In this document: piece after piece, positions 58,737-64,000 of the stretch
Layout of the letters: every line of letters starts with the position of its first letter
How positions within the stretch are numbered: position 1 is the stretch's first letter
DNA from: Dictyostelium discoideum
Lineage: Eukaryota
Assembly: GCA_000004695.1 (NCBI GenBank)
Contig: CM000153.2
Span: forward strand, 1,088,001-1,152,000
DNA length: 64,000 nt
Direction of reading: 5' to 3'
Notes under the pieces: generated by a model
Databases searched by the model: none
Told to the model about the DNA's origin: nothing
Seen by the model: only the letters and a program-made list of their open reading frames with translations
Translations under genes and position numbers: made by a program

Positions 58737-59469
58737 TTTATTATTTATCGATATATTATTTTAAAAAAAAATTTGTTTGTTTATTTGTTTATTTAATTTT
58801 TTGTTTAGTATTCAGTATATTAATGTGATTTTTTTGATTGTAATTGATGATTTATATTCTTTTATAATCTTTTTATTTTTATTTTTTTACTTGTGTGAAT
58901 GTGAATGAAAGAATGAAAGAATGAAATTTATAAATTTTTTTTTTTTTTTTAATTAAATTTTTTTTTTTTTTTTTTAATTAAAATTTTTTTTTTTTTTTTT
59001 TTTTTGTTTTTTTGTTGCCTGTTTTAATTTTATAAAAAAAAAAAAATAAAATTTAATTTTATGTAATTTGGTGGTGTGATTGTTTTTCTTAAATTGTTTT
59101 AAATATTAAAAAAAAAAAAAAAAATGGGTGTGGTGAGTGGGGGGTTATGATTTCTTTATAAAAAAAAAAAAAAAAAGTAGAGAAAAAAAATATATAATGT
59201 GATTGTGTTTTGATTGTAAATTGGTTTGGATGATCTATTTTTTTTTTATTTTAAAATAAAAAAATTATAAATATTTCTATTTTTGTGTAAAATTATTTTA
59301 TTTTTCTTTAACTTTTATTTTTTTTAAAATTTTGTGTATAAATATTTGTATACAAAAAGGAATGAGAAATATGAAAAAAAGAAAAGAGAAAAAAAAAAAA
59401 AAAAAAAAAAGAACAAATGAGAAATTTAAACGGTTTTACATTAAATTAAATTCGGTAAAATTCTAAAAC

Positions 59470-59518
<49 letters not shown>

Positions 59519-59689
59519 CAAAATATAAAAATACTCTCGTTGACTGGTCAACCTGCAAATATCAAAAAATTTGAAATAAAAAAAGAACTTTATTTCGAAA
59601 CATCTCGCCATCTCATAAGCATGTGATCATTTCAAAAGGAATGAAGAACACACAATAATAATTAAACAATGATCATTGGCAAAGTTTAA

Positions 59690-59720
<31 letters not shown>

Positions 59721-60079
59721 CTATTTTTTCTATTTTTATCATAAATAATTATTATTCTTTATTTTCAATTATTTTTATTAATCTCCTTTATTATGATTTT
59801 AGATTTTTTTTAATTACAATTTAAATGATACCCAGAAATATTAATAAAAAAAATTAAAAATAAAAAAAAAAAAAAATAAAAAATAAAAAAAGATATTTAT
59901 GAAATTTTGATTACTGTTTTTTGTAGTGTGAAAAACTTGTAAAAACATCATCACACACACAGACAATTTTATATTTACTAAAAGTAAATAAGGAATTACA
60001 TATATAATATTTTTATTTTATTATTCTTTTTTTTTTATTATTTATTTTATTTTATTTTATTTTTATTTTATTTTATTTT

Positions 60080-60116
<37 letters not shown>

Positions 60117-60241
60117 GTTACCAGTACAGTTTTATCATTAAATAAGTATCACTTATTAAAAAAAAAAAAAAAAAGGTTTTGAAAATAGATATTTTGAACA
60201 AAAAAAAAATTATTATTATTTTTTATTTTTTTTTGATTATT

Positions 60242-61573
60242 TTAATTTTTATTTTCTTTTAATTTATTTAAAATTGATAATTCATTTAAAGTATCTTTAT
60301 TATGTGAATCAATTTTTAAAGCTTTTTGAATATCATAAAATGCTAAATTTAATTTACCAGTTTCACGTAATGCTTTTGATCTACTATTTAAAGATTTTAT
60401 ATGATTTGGATCCAATTGTAATACTTGAGTAGTTAATTCAATTACTTGTTTATATTGTTTCATTAAAAGGTTACAAACTGATTGATTCGATAGACAAGAT
60501 ATTATATGTTGTTTACTATTACTATCATTTGAATTAAAGAATGCCAATGCCCTTTTATATTTCAATCTTGCCATTTCATAATATTTTCGTTTAAATAATT
60601 CAGTACCTTCTTCTTTCTTATTTAAACCAATTGATTCCAATTCATTTAAATTATATTGATATTTCTCTTTATCAAATTCAATAATTTCATTTAACTTAAT
60701 TTCAATTATAATTGGTTGTTGTTGTAATTGTGATTGACTATTTATTAAATCTTTAAATTTCTTTATATATGATAAATTATTATCTAATGAATCTAAAGGC
60801 CATTTTTTAATTGAATTTAAAAATGTTGACCATTCAACCTCAACTTGACAAAATTCACCAATTTGCATAGTCATTAAAATGAATTCGATAATATCTAATA
60901 CCATTATATCTGATCCAATTTTAAATATATAATTCTTTTTATCTTGAATAATTTCATTCAATTCTTTAGTTTTAATTTTAAAATCAATTGAAATTTTTGC
61001 TTCATATTTTGGAATTGTACCAATGGTGTTAGTGTTGGTGGTGTTGGTGGTTGAATTATTTAAAATTTTTTTAATAATTGAACCATCTTTTTCAATTGAA
61101 ATATCACTACTGTTTGAGAAAGATATTAATTCAATTTCATAGATTACTGTTGAATTTGGTGGTACAGAATCACCATTACCGATAGCACCAAATGCATACT
61201 TTGAACGAATTGTAAATGTTGAGATTTCACCTTTTTTCATTGACTTAATGGCATAGTTGAATGCTTTAATCGGTTCACCTAATCCACCTAAAATAAAGGA
61301 ATAACTTGATTTATTTCTATTATCTTCAAATATTGTACCATCAATAGTTTTTCCAAAATATTTTATATAAATTTGGTCACCATCAAACGGGAAATTATTA
61401 CCTATACCATTTTTATTAATAATTTTAGTTATACCATTATCTGATGTAATTTGAATTTTTTCGGTTTTATTTAAATCTATATTTTTAGTTATTTCTGTTG
61501 ATGTCGTCGTTGTTGTTGTTGTTGTTGATGTTGATGTTTCTTTTTTTGGAATAAATCTCTTACTACTGTTCAT
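60242..61573 (-). CDS. FKBP-type peptidyl-prolyl isomerase with two FKBP domains and a C-terminal TPR region (FKBP4/5-like immunophilin), 444 aa, single exon
   Basis: The true ATG is at 61573 (MNSSKRFIPKKE...); the track ORF starts upstream at a non-ATG. FKBP domain 1 is GDQIYIKYFGKTIDGTIFEDNRNKSSYSFILGGLGEPIKAFNYAIKSMKKGEISTFTIRSKYAFGAIGNGDSVPPNSTVIYEIELISF. It is followed by a second, degenerate FKBP-like domain and then the TPR region KEEGTELFKRKYYEMARLKYKRALAFF.... Confidence 0.8.
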   Translation of the reverse strand: MNSSKRFIPKKETSTSTTTTTTTTSTEITKNIDLNKTEKIQITSDNGITKIINKNGIGNNFPFDGDQIYIKYFGKTIDGTIFEDNRNKSSYSFILGGLGEPIKAFNYAIKSMKKGEISTFTIRSKYAFGAIGNGDSVPPNSTVIYEIELISFSNSSDISIEKDGSIIKKILNNSTTNTTNTNTIGTIPKYEAKISIDFKIKTKELNEIIQDKKNYIFKIGSDIMVLDIIEFILMTMQIGEFCQVEVEWSTFLNSIKKWPLDSLDNNLSYIKKFKDLINSQSQLQQQPIIIEIKLNEIIEFDKEKYQYNLNELESIGLNKKEEGTELFKRKYYEMARLKYKRALAFFNSNDSNSKQHIISCLSNQSVCNLLMKQYKQVIELTTQVLQLDPNHIKSLNSRSKALRETGKLNLAFYDIQKALKIDSHNKDTLNELSILNKLKENKN

Positions 61574-61592
61574 TTCTATGAAATAATTTAGG

Positions 61593-61637
<45 letters not shown>

Positions 61638-61642
61638 AATAA

Positions 61643-61673
<31 letters not shown>

Positions 61674-61948
61674 TTAAAAATAAAAATTCCCGAATAATCT
61701 TGAACAAAAATAAAAAACAAAACCCTTCACCAGAATAGTAAAAAAATTCAAGAAGAAAATGATGATAAAATAATAAAATTAATTTTTTATTTTTTTAATT
61801 TTTAATATATTGTTATTTTTTTTTTAATATAAATAGACAATTTTAAATTTTATTTTTTCATTCATTTAATTAAAAATTAAAATATATACACAAATAAAAT
61901 TAAATAATTAAATAATTAATAATTAAAAAAAAAATAAACAAATAAATA

Positions 61949-62830
61949 ATGTCAAATAATATTTCGAGAAAAGTTTTAAAAGTTGCTAAAGGTTTTGATA
62001 CACAAGATGGAGCAGGTGTATCACTTCAACGTGTAATTGGTGGACCAATTAAGAGATTAGATCCATTTTTAATGTTGGATGCATTTAAGAGTGATAATCC
62101 AGATGATTATATTGAAGGATTTCCAGATCATCCACATCGTGGTCAACAAACATTAACTTATATGATTGAAGGTTCAATGGAACATCAAGATAATAAAGGA
62201 AATAAAGGTTTACTATTACCAGGTATGGTTCAAGTTATGAATGCAGGTAGAGGTATAATTCATTCAGAGATTCCACAACAACGTGATGGTATGATGTTTG
62301 GTTTCCAATTTTGGTTAAATTTAAACTCTGTTGATAAAATGTCAGAACCATGGTATAAAGATATTGCATCATCAGATATTGAAGAGGTTTACGTAGAGGG
62401 TGAAAAAAAAGTTAGAGTCATAGCAGGCAATTATCAAGGTATTGAAGGTGTTGTAAAGAATTTACGTGTTAAACCAATATTTTTAGATGTCACATTAGAA
62501 CCAAACACTAAATTCTCTGTGGATATTCCGGATTTCGATCATAATTCATTCGTTTACGTTTTTCAAGGTGATGGTACATTTGGAGAAAATCAAATTAAAG
62601 TTGAAGATAGACATATTGGTGTTTTAGAAAATATTGATAATAATTCACTTGGCCTTGATGAACCAATTCCAAATAAATTGCATGCAACCTCTGGTGATAA
62701 AGGTGTTAGATTTTTATTTTTATCAGCTAAACCAATACGTGAACCAATCGTTCAATATGGTCCATTTGTTATGAATACTCAAGAAGAAATTCAAAAAGCA
62801 TTCTTAGATTATCAATTAGGTAGATTTTAA
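61949..62830 (+). CDS. Pirin (cupin-fold, Fe-binding), 293 aa, single exon
   Basis: MSNNISRKVLKVAKGFDTQDGAGVSLQRVIGGP...LDAFKSDNPDDYIEGFPDHPHRGQQTLTYMIEGSMEHQDNKGNKGLL.PGMVQVMNAGRGIIHSE. The canonical pirin N-terminal cupin is present, with the His/Glu metal ligands (HPHRG..E). Confidence 0.85.
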   Translation: MSNNISRKVLKVAKGFDTQDGAGVSLQRVIGGPIKRLDPFLMLDAFKSDNPDDYIEGFPDHPHRGQQTLTYMIEGSMEHQDNKGNKGLLLPGMVQVMNAGRGIIHSEIPQQRDGMMFGFQFWLNLNSVDKMSEPWYKDIASSDIEEVYVEGEKKVRVIAGNYQGIEGVVKNLRVKPIFLDVTLEPNTKFSVDIPDFDHNSFVYVFQGDGTFGENQIKVEDRHIGVLENIDNNSLGLDEPIPNKLHATSGDKGVRFLFLSAKPIREPIVQYGPFVMNTQEEIQKAFLDYQLGRF

Positions 62831-62908
62831 ATATAAAATAAATAAATAAATAAATAAACATAATTGTATTTTTAAAAATAAAATTAAAAAAATAAAAAAA
62901 AAAAAGTA

Positions 62909-62958
<50 letters not shown>

Positions 62959-63089
62959 TAAAATTTATATTTTATATTTATTATTATTTATTATTTATTA
63001 TTATTGTCGACAATATTTTTTTTTTTTTTTTTATATATGTATTTTTTTTTTAAAAAAGATAATTTTAAAATGTTTTTTTTTTTTTTAAT

Positions 63090-63922
63090 TTAAATTTTAG
63101 AATTATCCTTTAAACCTTGCCAACATTTCCAATAATCATCATCAATAAAATTCTTTTTAGCATAATCAGAGATACCTAAAATAAGAGAGGATTCAAACAT
63201 GAAAGCTAAAGCTACATCTGGAATTTTAGTTGGTTTTAATTCAGCTTTAATGGCGGCATAAAAGGTATCAGAGTCAGGACCATGTGGAGTCATACAACTG
63301 TGTAAACTACCACCACCTGGTAAGAAACCCTCTTTCTTTGCTTCATAGACACCACGGATTAAACCCATAAATTCAGACATACAATTACGATGAAAGTATG
63401 GTGGTCTAAATGTATTCTCTTGAACCAACCAACGTGGTGGGAAAATTACGAAATCAGCAGCAGCAACACCCACCTCATTGGTTGGTGCTGTTAAAACTGT
63501 GAAAATCGATGGATCCAAATGATCAAATGAAACCGAATTAACTACACAGAATAAACTGAGATCATACTTGTATGGACAATAGTTACCATGCCATGCTACA
63601 ACATTGAATGGTGAGTAGGTTTGTGTTGCACTAAATAACTTTCCAAGGAATTTATTAATCTTTGTATGTTCAATACCTTCCTTCTTTTCATAGGCTGCAA
63701 CTGGTGATAAGAAATCTCTTGGATTTGCTAAACCATTAGCACCAATTGGTCCTAAATCTGGAAGTTTAAAATGTGATCCAAACACCTCACAAATATAACC
63801 TCTAGTTGGTCCTTCAACATTAACACTAAATGTAATACCTCTTTGAATTACACAAATCTCACCTGATTTAACTTTCATAAATCCAAATTCTGTTTGAATA
63901 TCTAATGTACCTTGTTGTGGTA
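63090..63922 (-). CDS. Homogentisate 1,2-dioxygenase, 3'-terminal exon only; the upstream exons lie beyond the window end
   Basis: (V)[71 protein letters not shown]...[17 protein letters not shown]...[46 protein letters not shown]... is collinear with human HGD. The acceptor tatatag is at about 63923-25. The track ORF begins at an internal Met. Confidence 0.85.
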
Positions 63923-63940
63923 CTATATATTTATTTTAAA

Positions 63941-63974
<34 letters not shown>

Positions 63975-64000
63975 TAATATATAATTATAATGTATTATTA

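Overview
The window looks like AT-rich (about 78% A+T) nuclear DNA from a Dictyostelium-type social amoeba. It has long homopolymer A/T runs, (CAA)n and (AAT)n tracts encoding poly-Gln and poly-Asn, and short AT-rich GT..AG introns. It is eukaryotic and gene-dense, with roughly 27 protein-coding genes on both strands. No tRNA or rRNA gene and no recognisable transposon were found; CRISPR is not applicable. Most ORFs in the six-frame track are exons of spliced genes, several 'M' starts are really TTG or GTG, and a number are antisense or low-complexity artefacts. Genes with clear homology are: a papain-family cysteine proteinase, Dim1/DIMT1 rRNA dimethylase, a CC2D1/Lgd-like protein, a COMM-domain protein, an ABHD11-like hydrolase, CIA2/MIP18, PEBP, adenylate kinase, Dus2, Arp3, Hbs1, a mitochondrial carrier, HMG-CoA lyase, an FKBP-TPR immunophilin, pirin, and the last exon of homogentisate dioxygenase. 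Hand-derived splice coordinates are approximate (about +/-2 nt); ORF-track ends were used wherever possible. The most unusual feature is a tight tandem array of three paralogous multi-exon genes (6.7-18.9 kb). Each encodes a large type I membrane protein with a signal peptide, plant-type LRRs, an IPT/TIG fold, EGF-like modules, a mucin stalk, a conserved juxtamembrane domain and one TM helix. Their 5' LRR exons are highly diverged while the 3' ~1.3 kb is nearly identical, intron content differs between copies, and the middle copy carries an apparent frameshift. Other points worth a second look are a candidate HBS1/SKI7-type alternative splice, a decayed Dcp2 (Nudix) fragment, two micro-exons, and rare G-quadruplex motifs.
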